Source: Alphaproteobacteria bacterium (GTDB taxonomy: Bacteria; Pseudomonadota; Alphaproteobacteria; GCA-2746255). Taken from it: a DNA stretch of 64,000 nt. Location of the stretch: assembly GCA_965249135.1 (NCBI GenBank), contig OZ252220.1:224001-288000 (forward strand), given 5' to 3'. The translations under genes were made by a program, and so were the position numbers. The notes beneath the pieces are model-generated. The model saw only the letters and a list, made by a program, of their open reading frames with translations. It made no database searches and was not told the DNA's origin. This document shows, piece after piece, positions 1 through 10,215 of the stretch (position 1 is the stretch's first letter; every line of letters starts with the position of its first letter).

Positions 1-146
1 CGATCGGACGGTCGAAGGATCAGCGAAAAACCCTGATTGGCCTTGGCCTTAACCGGATCGATCGGACGCGTGAGTTCGAGGATACGCCGGCAATTCGCGG
101 CATGGTCCGGAAGGTTTCCCATCTAGTAAAGATGGAAGAAATTTAG
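1..146 (+). CDS. rpmD: 50S ribosomal protein L30, 5'-truncated by window edge
   Basis: Frame from nt 3 reads [47 protein letters not shown] (L30 signature); lies directly upstream of rplO. Confidence 0.95.
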   Translation, partial: IGRSKDQRKTLIGLGLNRIDRTREFEDTPAIRGMVRKVSHLVKMEEI

Positions 147-163
147 CTGCGACAGGTGAATTG

Positions 164-676
164 GTGAGAACGAAACTAAACGAACTTTCTGACCGTCCGG
201 GTGCCCGCCATGCACGAAAGCGCGTCGGCCGGGGCATCGGTTCCGGCTCCGGTAGCACGTCGGGTCGCGGGCATAAGGGTCAGAAGTCGCGAGCCGGCGT
301 GGCGCTCAAAGGCTTCGAGGGTGGTCAGATGCCGATCTATCGGCGGCTGCCTTGGCGGGGTTTCTGGAATCCGACCCAAAGCCGCTATCAGGTCGTGAAT
401 CTGGGTCGTCTTCAAAAAGCCATCGATGGCGGCAAGCTGGATCCTACGAAGCCGATCAACGAAGCCATCTTATGCGAGGTGGGGATCGTCACCCATCTCC
501 GCGATGGGGTTCGCCTGTTGGCCAAGGGTGAAATCAAGGCAAAGTTTACCCTTGAGGTTACCGGTGCTTCGAAGGCGGCGATTGCAGCGATCGAGAAGGC
601 AGGGGGCAAGGTGACGGTGTCGAAACCCGTCAAGGCCGACACCGGCGCCAACGCCGGAGGAACCGGAGACAATTAA
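164..676 (+). CDS. rplO: 50S ribosomal protein L15
   Basis: [25 protein letters not shown]...GFEGGQMP motif; GTG164 or TTG161 start. Confidence 0.97.
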   Translation: MRTKLNELSDRPGARHARKRVGRGIGSGSGSTSGRGHKGQKSRAGVALKGFEGGQMPIYRRLPWRGFWNPTQSRYQVVNLGRLQKAIDGGKLDPTKPINEAILCEVGIVTHLRDGVRLLAKGEIKAKFTLEVTGASKAAIAAIEKAGGKVTVSKPVKADTGANAGGTGDN

Positions 677-2034
677 TGGTATCGGCTGCGGAACAACTCG
701 CCGCTAACCTTAATTTTGGCGCGTTTGCCAAGGCGACGGACCTTCGTCGGCGGATCTGGTTCACGCTGGGCGTACTGATTGTCTATCGCCTAGGCACCTA
801 CATCCCGATTCCAGGTATCGACCCGACGATTCTTGCCGACCTCTTCCGCCAGAACGCGGGGGGCATTCTCGGCATGTTCGACATGTTCGCCGGCGGTGCC
901 TTGGGGCGCATGACGATCTTTGCGCTCAACATCATGCCGTACATCTCCGCGGCGATCATCATGCAGCTCATGACGGCCGTCTCGCCTGCGCTTGGGCAGC
1001 TGAAGAAAGAAGGCGAATCGGGACGTAAGAAAATCAACCAGTACACGCGCTATGGCACCGTTTTTCTGGCGGCCATCCAAGGCTACGGGATCTCCGTTGG
1101 CCTTGAGGGAATGGCCGGTTCGCAAGGATCCGCCGTGATCGATCCGGGTGCGTTCTTCCGGGCGACGACCGTGATCACGCTGGTCGGCGGTACGATCTTC
1201 CTGATGTGGCTTGGCGAGCAGATTACGGCGCGGGGGGTGGGGAACGGCATTTCCCTCATCATCTTCGCGGGCATCGTCGCCAATTTGCCGTCGGCCTTGG
1301 CGGGTACGATGGAACTCGGCCGCACGGGTGCCCTTTCGACCATCTTTATCCTGCTCCTTCTCGTGATGATCATTGCCGTCATCACCTTCATCGTGTTCAT
1401 CGAACGCTCTCAACGGCGGATTATCGTCCAATATCCAAAGCGCCAGGCGGGCAATCGCATGTATGGGGGCGAAGCTTCGCATCTTCCACTAAAGCTCAAC
1501 ACGGCCGGTGTGATCCCGCCCATTTTTGCGAGCTCGCTTCTTCTCATGCCGGCGACGATCGTCGGTTTCTCGGCGGCCCAGGGTGGTGCGGCGGAAGGCG
1601 GCGATTGGCTGGCCTTGATGGCGGTCTTGCTGGGGCGCGGGCAACCACTCTATCTGGCGATTTTCGCAAGCCTGATCATTTTCTTTGCCTTCTTCTACAC
1701 GGCGGTCGTCTTCAACCCGGCCGATACGGCCGATAATCTGAAGAAGTACGGAGGCTTCATCCCCGGCATTCGGCCCGGTAAGAACACGACGGAGTACCTC
1801 GATTACGTTCTCACCCGCCTGACGGCGGTCGGGGCCATTTATCTTGCCGCCATATGTATCCTGCCCGAGATCCTGATTTCCAAATATTCCGTGCCCTTCT
1901 ATTTCGGCGGCACGAGCCTCTTGATCGTCGTGACGGTGACCCTGGATACCGTCGGCCAGATCCAGTCCCATCTGATCTCCCATCAGTACGAAGGCTTGAT
2001 CAAGAAATCACGGCTGAAGGGACGATTGCGATGA
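676..2034 (+). CDS. secY: Preprotein translocase subunit SecY
   Basis: Multi-TM protein with WLGEQIT..GVGNGISLIIF, HLPLKLNTAGVIPPIFAS, IPGIRPG and FGGTSLLI motifs. Confidence 0.98.
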   Translation: MVSAAEQLAANLNFGAFAKATDLRRRIWFTLGVLIVYRLGTYIPIPGIDPTILADLFRQNAGGILGMFDMFAGGALGRMTIFALNIMPYISAAIIMQLMTAVSPALGQLKKEGESGRKKINQYTRYGTVFLAAIQGYGISVGLEGMAGSQGSAVIDPGAFFRATTVITLVGGTIFLMWLGEQITARGVGNGISLIIFAGIVANLPSALAGTMELGRTGALSTIFILLLLVMIIAVITFIVFIERSQRRIIVQYPKRQAGNRMYGGEASHLPLKLNTAGVIPPIFASSLLLMPATIVGFSAAQGGAAEGGDWLALMAVLLGRGQPLYLAIFASLIIFFAFFYTAVVFNPADTADNLKKYGGFIPGIRPGKNTTEYLDYVLTRLTAVGAIYLAAICILPEILISKYSVPFYFGGTSLLIVVTVTLDTVGQIQSHLISHQYEGLIKKSRLKGRLR

Positions 2035-2675
2035 ATCTGGTGCTGCTGGGCCCACCGGGTGCAGGGAAGGGGACGCAGGCAAAGCGCATCGAAGAAAAGT
2101 ATGGCCTCATCCATCTCTCGACCGGTGACATGCTGCGCGAAGCGATCGCTTCTGGTTCCGAGTTGGGCAAGCAGGTGAAGGAGATCGTCGAGTCGGGGGC
2201 GCTGGTCCCGGACACGACCATTATTCTAATGATCGAAGGGCGAATCGCGGCTCCGGATTGCGCAAAGGGCTTCATCCTCGATGGCTTTCCCCGGACCGTG
2301 CGCCAGGCCGAAGCGCTGGATGGAATGCTGGAGCGAAAGCACCTGAAAATCGATCACGTGATCGAGCTTAAGGTCGACGATGACGCCCTCGTGAAGCGGA
2401 TTTCCGGGCGGTTTAGCTGTGCTGCCTGCGGCGCCGGCTACCACGACACGTTCAAGCAGCCCAAGACGGAAGGGGTGTGCGATGGCTGTGGCGGGAAAGA
2501 ATTCAGCCGCAGGAAGGACGACAATCCGGAGACCGTGAAGGCCCGGCTCGAGGCCTACCATGCGCAGACCGCCCCTGTCCTACCATATTACCGCGAACGA
2601 AAGGTCCTCAGGACGGTCGACGGCATGGCGGATTTCGATGGGGTTACCGTCCAGATTGTGGCGGCGTTGCAATAG
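2031..2675 (+). CDS. adk: Adenylate kinase (Zn-finger LID type)
   Basis: MNLVLLGPPGAGKGTQA, STGDMLR, LDGFPRT, CxxC...CxxC LID; ATG overlaps secY stop (ATGA). Confidence 0.97.
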   Translation: MNLVLLGPPGAGKGTQAKRIEEKYGLIHLSTGDMLREAIASGSELGKQVKEIVESGALVPDTTIILMIEGRIAAPDCAKGFILDGFPRTVRQAEALDGMLERKHLKIDHVIELKVDDDALVKRISGRFSCAACGAGYHDTFKQPKTEGVCDGCGGKEFSRRKDDNPETVKARLEAYHAQTAPVLPYYRERKVLRTVDGMADFDGVTVQIVAALQ

Positions 2676-2694
2676 CCCGAAATGGGCAGATTTA

Positions 2695-2722
2695 TTGACT
2701 TAGAGCTTAGAATTCCTATAAT
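2695..2722 (+). promoter_or_regulatory. Sigma70-type promoter of the rpsM-rpsK-rpoA-rplQ operon
   Basis: TTGACT (2695-2700), 16-nt spacer, TATAAT (2717-2722) in the adk-rpsM intergenic region. Confidence 0.7.
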
Positions 2723-2815
2723 CGCGCACCTTTCCCGGCTATCTGTATGTTGCTTGATCGCCTCTTGTCTGGCTCGTGGTTTCCTAGGACGTAGAGGGGT
2801 GGAGGAGAATTTGGC

Positions 2816-3184
2816 GTGGCACGCATTGCAGGCGTAAACATCCCCACCAATAAACGAGTGCCGATTGCCCTGACCTATATTCATGGGATCGGCCGGACCA
2901 AGGCCCGGAAAATCTGTGAAAAGGTGGGCATTGCCCCCGAGGCTCGCGTGAACCAACTATCGGAAGACGAAGTCATCCGGATCCGCGAGACGATCGACCG
3001 CAATTATATGGTTGAAGGGGACTTACGCCGCGATGTCAGCATGAATATCAAGCGATTGATGGATCTTGGGTGTTATCGAGGGCTTCGGCACCGCAAGGGA
3101 CTCCCGGTCAATGGGCAACGGACCCACACGAACGCCCGTACTAGGAAGGGGCCGGCTAGGCCCATCGCCGGTAAGAAGAAATAG
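2816..3184 (+). CDS. rpsM: 30S ribosomal protein S13
   Basis: [10 protein letters not shown]...[26 protein letters not shown]; GGAGGAG RBS upstream of GTG. Confidence 0.98.
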   Translation: MARIAGVNIPTNKRVPIALTYIHGIGRTKARKICEKVGIAPEARVNQLSEDEVIRIRETIDRNYMVEGDLRRDVSMNIKRLMDLGCYRGLRHRKGLPVNGQRTHTNARTRKGPARPIAGKKK

Positions 3185-3203
3185 TTTAGGGACGAGGGCA
3201 GGC

Positions 3204-3596
3204 ATGGCTAAAGCTACGACGCAGCGTACGCGTCGCCGCGAACGGAAGAACATCGCTTCCGGTGTCGCGCACGTGAATGCCAGCTTCAACAACACGATGA
3301 TTACGATTACGGACGCGCAAGGGAACACCATTTCCTGGGCGTCTGCAGGAAGTGAAGGTTTCAAGGGATCGCGGAAATCGACACCCTACGCCGCCCAGAC
3401 GGCGGCGGAGGCTGCTGGCAACCGTGCCAAAGAGCACGGCATGCACACTCTCGAAGTCGAGGTGAAAGGCCCGGGCTCAGGGCGTGAATCGGCGTTGCGC
3501 TCGCTTCAGGCGGTTGGCTTTACGATTACGGCCATCCGGGATGTGACGCCGATCCCTCATAACGGTTGCCGCCCGCGGAAACGTCGGCGGGTTTAG
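3204..3596 (+). CDS. rpsK: 30S ribosomal protein S11
   Basis: [38 protein letters not shown]. Confidence 0.98.
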   Translation: MAKATTQRTRRRERKNIASGVAHVNASFNNTMITITDAQGNTISWASAGSEGFKGSRKSTPYAAQTAAEAAGNRAKEHGMHTLEVEVKGPGSGRESALRSLQAVGFTITAIRDVTPIPHNGCRPRKRRRV

Positions 3597-3701
3597 TGAC
3601 GCTACTGGTTGGACGGGGTTCGAGGAACGGCCTCCTTCGACAGGCGCATTCGAGGCGACCATTTGCATGTGGATAACGTTCCGATCTTAGGGGTTTCACA
3701 C

Positions 3702-4718
3702 GTGATTCAGAAGAATTGGCAGGACTTGATCAAACCTAGCAAGATCAACATTCAGGAAGCTATTGATCCTGGGCGAGCGGCTTCGATTGTCATCGAACCA
3801 CTGGAGCGGGGATTTGGGCTCACGCTTGGCAGTGCGCTCAGGCGGGTCTTGCTTTCCTCCTTGCAGGGTGCAGCGGTGACCTCGATCCAGATCGACGGGA
3901 TTCTCCACGAATTCTCATCGATTCCTGGGGTGCGTGAAGACGTGACGGACATTGTCCTGAACATCAAGTCGCTGGCGCTCGTCCTCCACGGGGAGGGACC
4001 AAAGCGCATGACGCTGAAGGCAACGGGGCCGGGCGAGGTTTCGGCGGCGCAGATCGAGACCGGCCATGACATCGAGATCATGAACCCGGATCTCGTCATC
4101 TTCACCCTCGATGAAAAAACCGCCGTGACCATGGAACTCACCGTGAATAGCGGCAAGGGCTATGTCCCGGCCACCCAGAACCGTCCGGAGGACGCGCCAA
4201 TCGGCCTCATTCCGGTGGATGCCCTATACAGCCCGGTGCGCAAGGTCACCTACAAGGTCGAGAATGCGCGCGTCGGTCAGATCACGGACTACGACAAACT
4301 TTCCCTCCAGCTTGAAACGGACGGCACCGTGAAGCCGGACGATGCGGTGGCCTTCGCCGCGCGTATTCTGCAAGACCAGCTCAATCCCTTCATCAATTTC
4401 GAAGAGCCGGTCGAGCAACCGATAGCCGAAGAAACGATGGAGCCGGAATTCAACCGTAACCTGTTGCGTAAAGTAGACGAGCTCGAGCTTTCGGTTCGTT
4501 CCGCAAATTGTCTGAAGAACGACAATATCCTCTATATCGGCGATCTCGTTCAGAAGACCGAGTCCGAAATGCTGCGCACCCCGAATTTTGGCCGTAAATC
4601 ACTCAATGAAATCAAGGAAGTGCTTTCCCAGATGGGACTGCATCTCGGCATGGAGATTACGGACTGGCCGCCGGAGAATATCGACGAGCTGACGAAACGC
4701 CTGGAGGAGCCATACTAA
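3702..4718 (+). CDS. rpoA: RNA polymerase subunit alpha
   Basis: [12 protein letters not shown] start (GTG), [36 protein letters not shown]. Confidence 0.98.
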   Translation: MIQKNWQDLIKPSKINIQEAIDPGRAASIVIEPLERGFGLTLGSALRRVLLSSLQGAAVTSIQIDGILHEFSSIPGVREDVTDIVLNIKSLALVLHGEGPKRMTLKATGPGEVSAAQIETGHDIEIMNPDLVIFTLDEKTAVTMELTVNSGKGYVPATQNRPEDAPIGLIPVDALYSPVRKVTYKVENARVGQITDYDKLSLQLETDGTVKPDDAVAFAARILQDQLNPFINFEEPVEQPIAEETMEPEFNRNLLRKVDELELSVRSANCLKNDNILYIGDLVQKTESEMLRTPNFGRKSLNEIKEVLSQMGLHLGMEITDWPPENIDELTKRLEEPY

Positions 4719-4722
4719 CCCC

Positions 4723-5154
4723 ATGCGGCATCGCCTGAAAGGACGGAAGCTTAATCGTACCAGCAGCCATCGCAAGGCGATGTTTGCGAACATGGCGGTT
4801 GCGCTTCTCAAGCACGAACAGATCAAGACGACGTTGCCGAAGGCCAAGGACCTTAGGCCCTTCGTCGACAAGCTGATCACGCTTGGCAAGCGGGGCGGCC
4901 TGCACGCGCGCCGTCAGGCGTTGGCGGTTCTTCAGGACGAAAAAATCACGGAAAAACTCTTCTCAACGCTTTCGGAACGCTATGCTTCCCGCGCCGGGGG
5001 CTACACGCGGGTCATGCGGGCAGGGTTCCGTTATGGTGACGCGGCCCCGATGGCGGTGATCGAACTCGTCGACCGGGATCCAGACGCGAAAGGACAGGAT
5101 TCCGGCCCACCGCAGAACCTTATGGAGGAGGGCGCAGAAGCGGCAGAAGCTTAA
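4723..5154 (+). CDS. rplQ: 50S ribosomal protein L17
   Basis: [20 protein letters not shown]...GGYTR...[12 protein letters not shown]. Confidence 0.98.
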   Translation: MRHRLKGRKLNRTSSHRKAMFANMAVALLKHEQIKTTLPKAKDLRPFVDKLITLGKRGGLHARRQALAVLQDEKITEKLFSTLSERYASRAGGYTRVMRAGFRYGDAAPMAVIELVDRDPDAKGQDSGPPQNLMEEGAEAAEA

Positions 5155-5181
5155 GCCTTTGCTACCTTCGAGAGGGCAGGG

Positions 5182-5207
5182 GGGCGGTCGGAGGGCTGCC
5201 CTTTTTT
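5182..5207 (+). terminator. Rho-independent terminator after rplQ
   Basis: Stem GGGCGGTC/GGCTGCCC with GGAG loop, followed by T6. Confidence 0.7.
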
Positions 5208-5289
5208 ATTTCGGAAAATGGTCGCGAGCAGGTAAAAAACGCAGGTAAAAACATTGGAAATTGCATTGAAGAAAAGGGCCCGTTCCGCG

Positions 5290-6714
5290 ATGCGAAAGCA
5301 TCCAAATTTCCAGTTTCGCTTTCTAGGGGCGGCATTATTCCTGCTTGCCGTCTTCTGTTTCACGCTTCCCGCTCAAGCACAAACGCGCACCTCCCCAAAT
5401 TCGCGGGAAGAAATCCAGCTTTCCTTCGCGCCGATCGTAAAGAAAGCGGCCCCTGCCGTCGTCAACATTAACGGCAAACGAAAAGCTGTCGAAAGAGGCG
5501 GCGGGCTCTTTAATGATCCTTTTTTCAGGCGCTTCTTTGGCCGGGGCTTCGGTCAGAAAAAGGAATTACAGAAAAGCCCCATCGGGTCCGGCGTCATCGT
5601 GCGGCCGGATGGGCTCATCGTGACGACCAACCACGTCATTGCGGATAGTGCGGAAATCACGGTCGTGTTTGCGGATCGCCGGGAATTCCCCGCCAGGGTC
5701 ATCATGGCGGACAAGCGGACGGACCTTGCCGTTCTTAAGATCGAAACGGGAGACGACGCGCTTGCGTATCTGAAAATGGCCGATTCCGATACGCTTGAAG
5801 TCGGTGATCTTGTGCTCGCTATCGGTAATCCGTTTGGGGTTGGGCAGACCGTAACCAGCGGCATCGTTTCGGCGCTCGCTCGCACGACGGTCGGCGTCGG
5901 GGATTTCCGTTTCTTTATTCAGACGGACGCGGCGATTAATCCGGGCAATTCGGGCGGTGCGTTGGTGACGCTCGACGGGCATTTGGTCGGGATCAATTCG
6001 GCGATCTACACGCAAAGGGGCGGCGGCTCGATCGGCATCGGCTTTGCGGTGCCGACGAACATGGTGCAAACGGTTATTCACGCGGCAGAAGGCGGCAGTC
6101 TGATCCGGCCTTGGCTAGGCGCGACGGGCCAGGCCGTGACGGCCGAGCTTGCCCCATTTTTTGGCCTTGCCAGACCCAGCGGCGTGGCGGTGAACGCAAT
6201 CTATCCGGGAGGGCCGGCGGATAAGGCGGGGATCCAGATCGGCGATGTGATCGCTGCGATTGGCGGCCATGAGGTCGGTGATCTCGGAGCGCTGCGCTAT
6301 CGGGTTGCGACGCAAATGCTCGATACGAAAGTGGACGTTTCGATCGTTCGAAAAGGCAAAAAACACAAACTGATGCTCGTCTTGACGGCGCCGCCGGAAG
6401 ACCCGCCTAGAAATACGACGAACGTGATTGGGCACAATCCATTTAATGGCGCGACGGTCGCCAACCTCTCGCCGGCGATTGGCGAAGAGCTTGGCGTGGA
6501 TAGCATGCATCCTGGAGTCCTCGTCTTCGATATCGGAAAAGGCAGCCCGGCCGCGCGCATCGGTCTTCAAGCCGGTGACGTGGTCTTGCGAATCAATGAT
6601 AGGAAAATCCAGTTGGTAGAGCACATGACGGAGGAACTCTCCAAGCAGTCGAGTGCGTGGAAGATTTCGATTCGCCGCGATGGCAAAATCCTCACATCGG
6701 TGATTCGTTGGTGA
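5290..6714 (+). CDS. DegP/DegQ (HtrA) periplasmic serine protease with two PDZ domains
   Basis: Signal peptide, GSGVIV..TTNHV, TDLAVLK, IQTDAAINPGNSGGAL, two PDZ repeats. Confidence 0.93.
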   Translation: MRKHPNFQFRFLGAALFLLAVFCFTLPAQAQTRTSPNSREEIQLSFAPIVKKAAPAVVNINGKRKAVERGGGLFNDPFFRRFFGRGFGQKKELQKSPIGSGVIVRPDGLIVTTNHVIADSAEITVVFADRREFPARVIMADKRTDLAVLKIETGDDALAYLKMADSDTLEVGDLVLAIGNPFGVGQTVTSGIVSALARTTVGVGDFRFFIQTDAAINPGNSGGALVTLDGHLVGINSAIYTQRGGGSIGIGFAVPTNMVQTVIHAAEGGSLIRPWLGATGQAVTAELAPFFGLARPSGVAVNAIYPGGPADKAGIQIGDVIAAIGGHEVGDLGALRYRVATQMLDTKVDVSIVRKGKKHKLMLVLTAPPEDPPRNTTNVIGHNPFNGATVANLSPAIGEELGVDSMHPGVLVFDIGKGSPAARIGLQAGDVVLRINDRKIQLVEHMTEELSKQSSAWKISIRRDGKILTSVIRW

Positions 6715-8024
6715 CGACGCTTTTCGAATCCCAGGCTCCGCAACCGCTGGCCGATCGGCTGCGCCCGAGGCGGCTTGAGGACGCCGTCGGTCAGGATCAC
6801 CTGCTGGCCTTGGATGCGCCGATCGGCCGCATGCTGGTCTCCGGCCATCTGGTTTCGATGATCCTCTGGGGGCCGCCGGGCTGCGGGAAGACGACGATCG
6901 CCCGCCTCCTTGCCGACCGTACCGCCCTTTCCTTCGTTTCGCTTTCCGCCGTCTTTTCAGGAGTGGCGGATCTCAGGCGGATCTTTCAGGAAGCAAAAAA
7001 GCGCCGGGGGATGGGCGAGGGAACCCTTCTTTTCATTGACGAGATTCATCGCTTTAACCGGGCCCAGCAGGACGGGTTTTTGCCCTATGTGGAGGACGGC
7101 ACGGTCACGCTCGTCGGGGCGACGACGGAGAACCCCTCCTTCGAGCTGAATGCGCCGCTGCTTTCCCGCTGCCAGGTCTTTGTCCTGAAACGCCTGGATG
7201 AGGGGGCGCTCGAAACGCTCCTTAGGCGTGCCGAGGCGGCAGAGGGGAAAACGCTTCCGCTGGATGCAGACGCGAAGCTTGCCTTGCTCGCGATGGCGGA
7301 CGGCGATGGGCGCTACTTGCTGAACCTGGCCGAGGATCTTTTTCTGCTGCCGCCGAAGCCGGACCTCGATACGTCAGGGTTGTTGGCTGCGGTGCAACGG
7401 CGTGCGCCAATCTACGATAAGAGTCAGGAAGGCCACTACAATCTCATCAGCGCGCTGCATAAGTCGCTTCGTGGCTCCGATGCGGACGCGGCCCTTTACT
7501 GGTTGGCCCGCATGCTGGCAGGCGGCGAAGACCCGCTTTACATCGTCCGCAGGCTGGTCCGTTTCGCCGTCGAGGATATCGGTCTTGCCGATCCCGAAGC
7601 CGTTCATCAGGCGTTGGCGGCGAAAGACGCCTACGATTTCCTTGGTTCTCCGGAAGGCGATCTCGCCATCGCCCAGGCCGTCATCTATCTCGCAACCGCG
7701 ACGAAATCAAACGCCGCCTACAAGGCGTTCGGGGCGGCCAAGCAGGCGGCGATGGAAACCGGCTCCCTCATGCCCCCGCACCACATTCTGAACGCGCCTA
7801 CCAACCTCATGAAGGAGGTGGGATATGGCAAGGGCTATGTCTACGACCATGACACGGCCGAAGGCATTTCCGGACAAAACTATTTCCCGGATGGGATCGA
7901 ACGCCACACCTTCTATCGTCCTTTCGATCGCGGATACGAGCGAACGCTTCGCGAGCGTCTTGCGCACTGGCAGAAATTTCGCGAGCGCATTGCCGCGGAG
8001 GCGCCGGATTCAGAAAAGGAATAG
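6711..8024 (+). CDS. rarA: Replication-associated recombination protein A (RarA/MgsA)
   Basis: PLADRLRP, WGPPGCGKTT, FIDEIHRFN, GATTENPSF, ISALHKSLRGSD. Confidence 0.96.
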   Translation: MTTLFESQAPQPLADRLRPRRLEDAVGQDHLLALDAPIGRMLVSGHLVSMILWGPPGCGKTTIARLLADRTALSFVSLSAVFSGVADLRRIFQEAKKRRGMGEGTLLFIDEIHRFNRAQQDGFLPYVEDGTVTLVGATTENPSFELNAPLLSRCQVFVLKRLDEGALETLLRRAEAAEGKTLPLDADAKLALLAMADGDGRYLLNLAEDLFLLPPKPDLDTSGLLAAVQRRAPIYDKSQEGHYNLISALHKSLRGSDADAALYWLARMLAGGEDPLYIVRRLVRFAVEDIGLADPEAVHQALAAKDAYDFLGSPEGDLAIAQAVIYLATATKSNAAYKAFGAAKQAAMETGSLMPPHHILNAPTNLMKEVGYGKGYVYDHDTAEGISGQNYFPDGIERHTFYRPFDRGYERTLRERLAHWQKFRERIAAEAPDSEKE

Positions 8025-8027
8025 CGA

Positions 8028-9035
8028 ATGGAACGCGTGCGCTTCCGCGTCGTGACGGTGGACGAGAAGGCACTCCGCCTCGATCGCTGGTTTCGTCGTC
8101 ACTTTCCGGAACTCACCCACGCTCGCCTGGAGAAGCTCCTTCGCAAAGGCGAGGTTCGTGTCGATGGCCAGCGCGCGAAGGCGGGGCTCCGGCTGGAAGC
8201 AGGGCAACGGGTTCGCATCCCCCCCTTGGGCGGTGGGTCGAAGCCGCCGCCGAGACGAAAATCCCCCCAGGTCACGGCCTCGGACGCCAAGGCCCTTCGC
8301 AAGCGTGTTCTTTATAAGGATGAAGAAGTCATTGCCATCGACAAGCCGGCCGGGCTTGCCGTTCAGGGCGGCACGAAGACGATGCGGCATGTGGACGGCA
8401 TGCTGGAGGCGCTTCGCTTCGGCAAGAAAGAGCGTCCCCGGCTCGTCCATCGCCTCGACAAGGATACGAGCGGCGTTTTGGTGCTCGCGCGCTCCCCGGC
8501 CGCGGCCGCCTGGCTGACGGCTGCCTTCCGCGACAAAACCGTCCGTAAGATTTATTTGGCGCTCGTTCGCGGCATTCCAAAGCCGGATCGGGAAGAGATC
8601 GCCTTGCCCCTTGTGAAGCGGGCAATCGGCCCCCTTGTGAAGCGGGCAATCGGCAAAGGCGAGCGGGTCGTCGCCGACGACGGCGAAGGAAAAGCGGCGC
8701 GAACCCTCTATGCCGTTCTCGACAAGGCCGGCCGCAAGGCGGCATGGCTTGCCTTGATGCCACTGACGGGGCGCACCCATCAACTGCGCGTTCACTGTGC
8801 CGCAAAAGGGACTCCTATCCTGGGCGATGGCAAATATGGGGGCCCAGCGGCGCGGCTCGAAGGTGCTGGCATCGCAAAACGGCTTCACCTGCACGCTTGG
8901 GAAATCGAATTGCCGCACCCGCGCAAGGGGAAGATCCGGATCACGGCGCCCCTGCCTGAGGACCTGCGGGCGAGTTGGGCCGCCCTCGGCTTCGATCCGA
9001 AATTGAAAGCAACCCCCGGTGTGAAACTGCCCTAA
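8028..9035 (+). CDS. RluA-family pseudouridine synthase with S4 domain (RluC-like)
   Basis: RLDRW S4 domain, KPAGLAVQGG, VHRLDKDTSG, TGRTHQLRVH, PILGDGKYG. Confidence 0.93.
   Translation: MERVRFRVVTVDEKALRLDRWFRRHFPELTHARLEKLLRKGEVRVDGQRAKAGLRLEAGQRVRIPPLGGGSKPPPRRKSPQVTASDAKALRKRVLYKDEEVIAIDKPAGLAVQGGTKTMRHVDGMLEALRFGKKERPRLVHRLDKDTSGVLVLARSPAAAAWLTAAFRDKTVRKIYLALVRGIPKPDREEIALPLVKRAIGPLVKRAIGKGERVVADDGEGKAARTLYAVLDKAGRKAAWLALMPLTGRTHQLRVHCAAKGTPILGDGKYGGPAARLEGAGIAKRLHLHAWEIELPHPRKGKIRITAPLPEDLRASWAALGFDPKLKATPGVKLP
8607..8654 (+). repeat. Perfect 24-bp tandem duplication (PLVKRAIG x2) inside the pseudouridine synthase gene
   Basis: CCCCTTGTGAAGCGGGCAATCGGC at 8607-8630 and 8631-8654. Confidence 0.97.
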
Positions 9036-9148
9036 CCGGCGCTTTTCGGCATCGAGATCGGCGGCGTTGCCACCGGCATCATGAAAGCCGCCGCCCAGCG
9101 CCAATCCGATAAGCCGCCATCGTAAACCAGGATCTGATGTGGCTTCGT
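9032..9148 (-). pseudogene. Possible remnant of a rhodanese/sulfurtransferase C-terminus
   Basis: Frame reads ...NLALAE*TKPHQILVYDGGLSDWRWAAAFMMPVATPPISMPKSAG*, resembling the rhodanese terminal motif (V/L)YDGSWxEW...LPVxT; the motif lies upstream of the only in-frame ATG/GTG codons. Confidence 0.35.
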
Positions 9149-9348
9149 TCATTCCGCGAGAGCGAGATTTCGCTTGCGACCGGATAAAGAAAAACGTTTC
9201 TTCGTTTCTGTGACGGAGAATTTGATATCATGAATCGTCGGTCGAAGTGTTGGTTCTTCACGTTCACCGAGTCCCATCCCGGCGCGGGAGGATTAAGTTA
9301 ACTTATTGGATAATAAAGTTATTTTGCCTGCTTCGGGGAAGGTGTCGC

Positions 9349-10041
9349 GTGAAGCGGTTTTTTAAATCGGCAAGGCTTTCCGAAAACGACGAAGGCTATA
9401 GCGTAGCCCTCGATGGACGAACGCTCCAAACTCCGGGAGGCACGGCGCTGGCCCTTTCTCCGCACACTCTCGTCGCCGCGATCGCCGAGGAATGGGAGGC
9501 CCAGAAAGAGGAGATCGCACCGCATGCAATGCCGCTTATGCGTCTTGCGTCAACGGCACTGGACCGTGTCGCGGCGGCTCGCGACAAGGTTATTGCAGAC
9601 GCGTTGGAATACGCGACGACGGATCTTCTTTGTTACCGTGCAGGCGAGCCCGCCGGTTTGGCACAACGCCAGGCGGAAGCCTGGCAGCCACTTCTCGACT
9701 GGGCGGCCGAACGCTACGGCGCGCACTTAATCGTGACGACGGAGATGGTGCCCGTCGATCAGCCGGCCGCCTCCCTCGCAGCCCTGAAAGCGGCTATGGT
9801 TGAACTGGACGATCTGCAACTTACGGCGTTGCAGGATTTCACGAGCATTTGCAATTCCCTGATCCTTGGTTTGGCCCTTGTCGAGGGAGAAATCAGCGCC
9901 GAGGCAGCATGGGAAATTTCCGAGCTCGATGAAAACTTCCAGATCGAAAAGTGGGGAAGCGATCCGGAAGCGGAAAAACGGCGAAAAATACTTCGCGAGG
10001 ATCTGATGGCCGCCGAATGTTTCCTCTCCCTTGGGCGTTAG
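9349..10041 (+). CDS. ATP12-family chaperone
   Basis: MKRFFK, VALDGRTLQTPG, AIAEEW, MPLMRLA, TDLLCYRA, QIEKWGSD. Confidence 0.92.
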   Translation: MKRFFKSARLSENDEGYSVALDGRTLQTPGGTALALSPHTLVAAIAEEWEAQKEEIAPHAMPLMRLASTALDRVAAARDKVIADALEYATTDLLCYRAGEPAGLAQRQAEAWQPLLDWAAERYGAHLIVTTEMVPVDQPAASLAALKAAMVELDDLQLTALQDFTSICNSLILGLALVEGEISAEAAWEISELDENFQIEKWGSDPEAEKRRKILREDLMAAECFLSLGR

Positions 10042-10091
10042 CGTCGTGCCGGGACGATCGCGATTCGTGCGTTTCACGGTTTCCCTGGCAG

Positions 10092-10120
10092 TTGACGGGT
10101 CCTCCCTCGTCGGGTAGCTT
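10092..10120 (+). promoter_or_regulatory. Putative sigma70 promoter for pccB-pccA
   Basis: TTGACG, 17-nt spacer, TAGCTT, ~95 nt upstream of the pccB ATG. Confidence 0.45.
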
Positions 10121-10215
10121 CCGTCACAAGACCTTCATATTCTTCAAGAATCGGGGACGCCTGGGCTGGAAAAACCGAAATTCGGGTGTCGACCACAACA
10201 GAGAAGAGAGCCTCT

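Noticed and set aside
161-175. ACG at the usual Met position of L15 (TKLNEL) as a non-canonical start
   Set aside because: In-frame GTG164 and TTG161 with an upstream AGGTG give an ordinary explanation.
3597-3701. Absence of rpsD between rpsK and rpoA
   Set aside because: This is normal for Alphaproteobacteria, where rpsD lies elsewhere.
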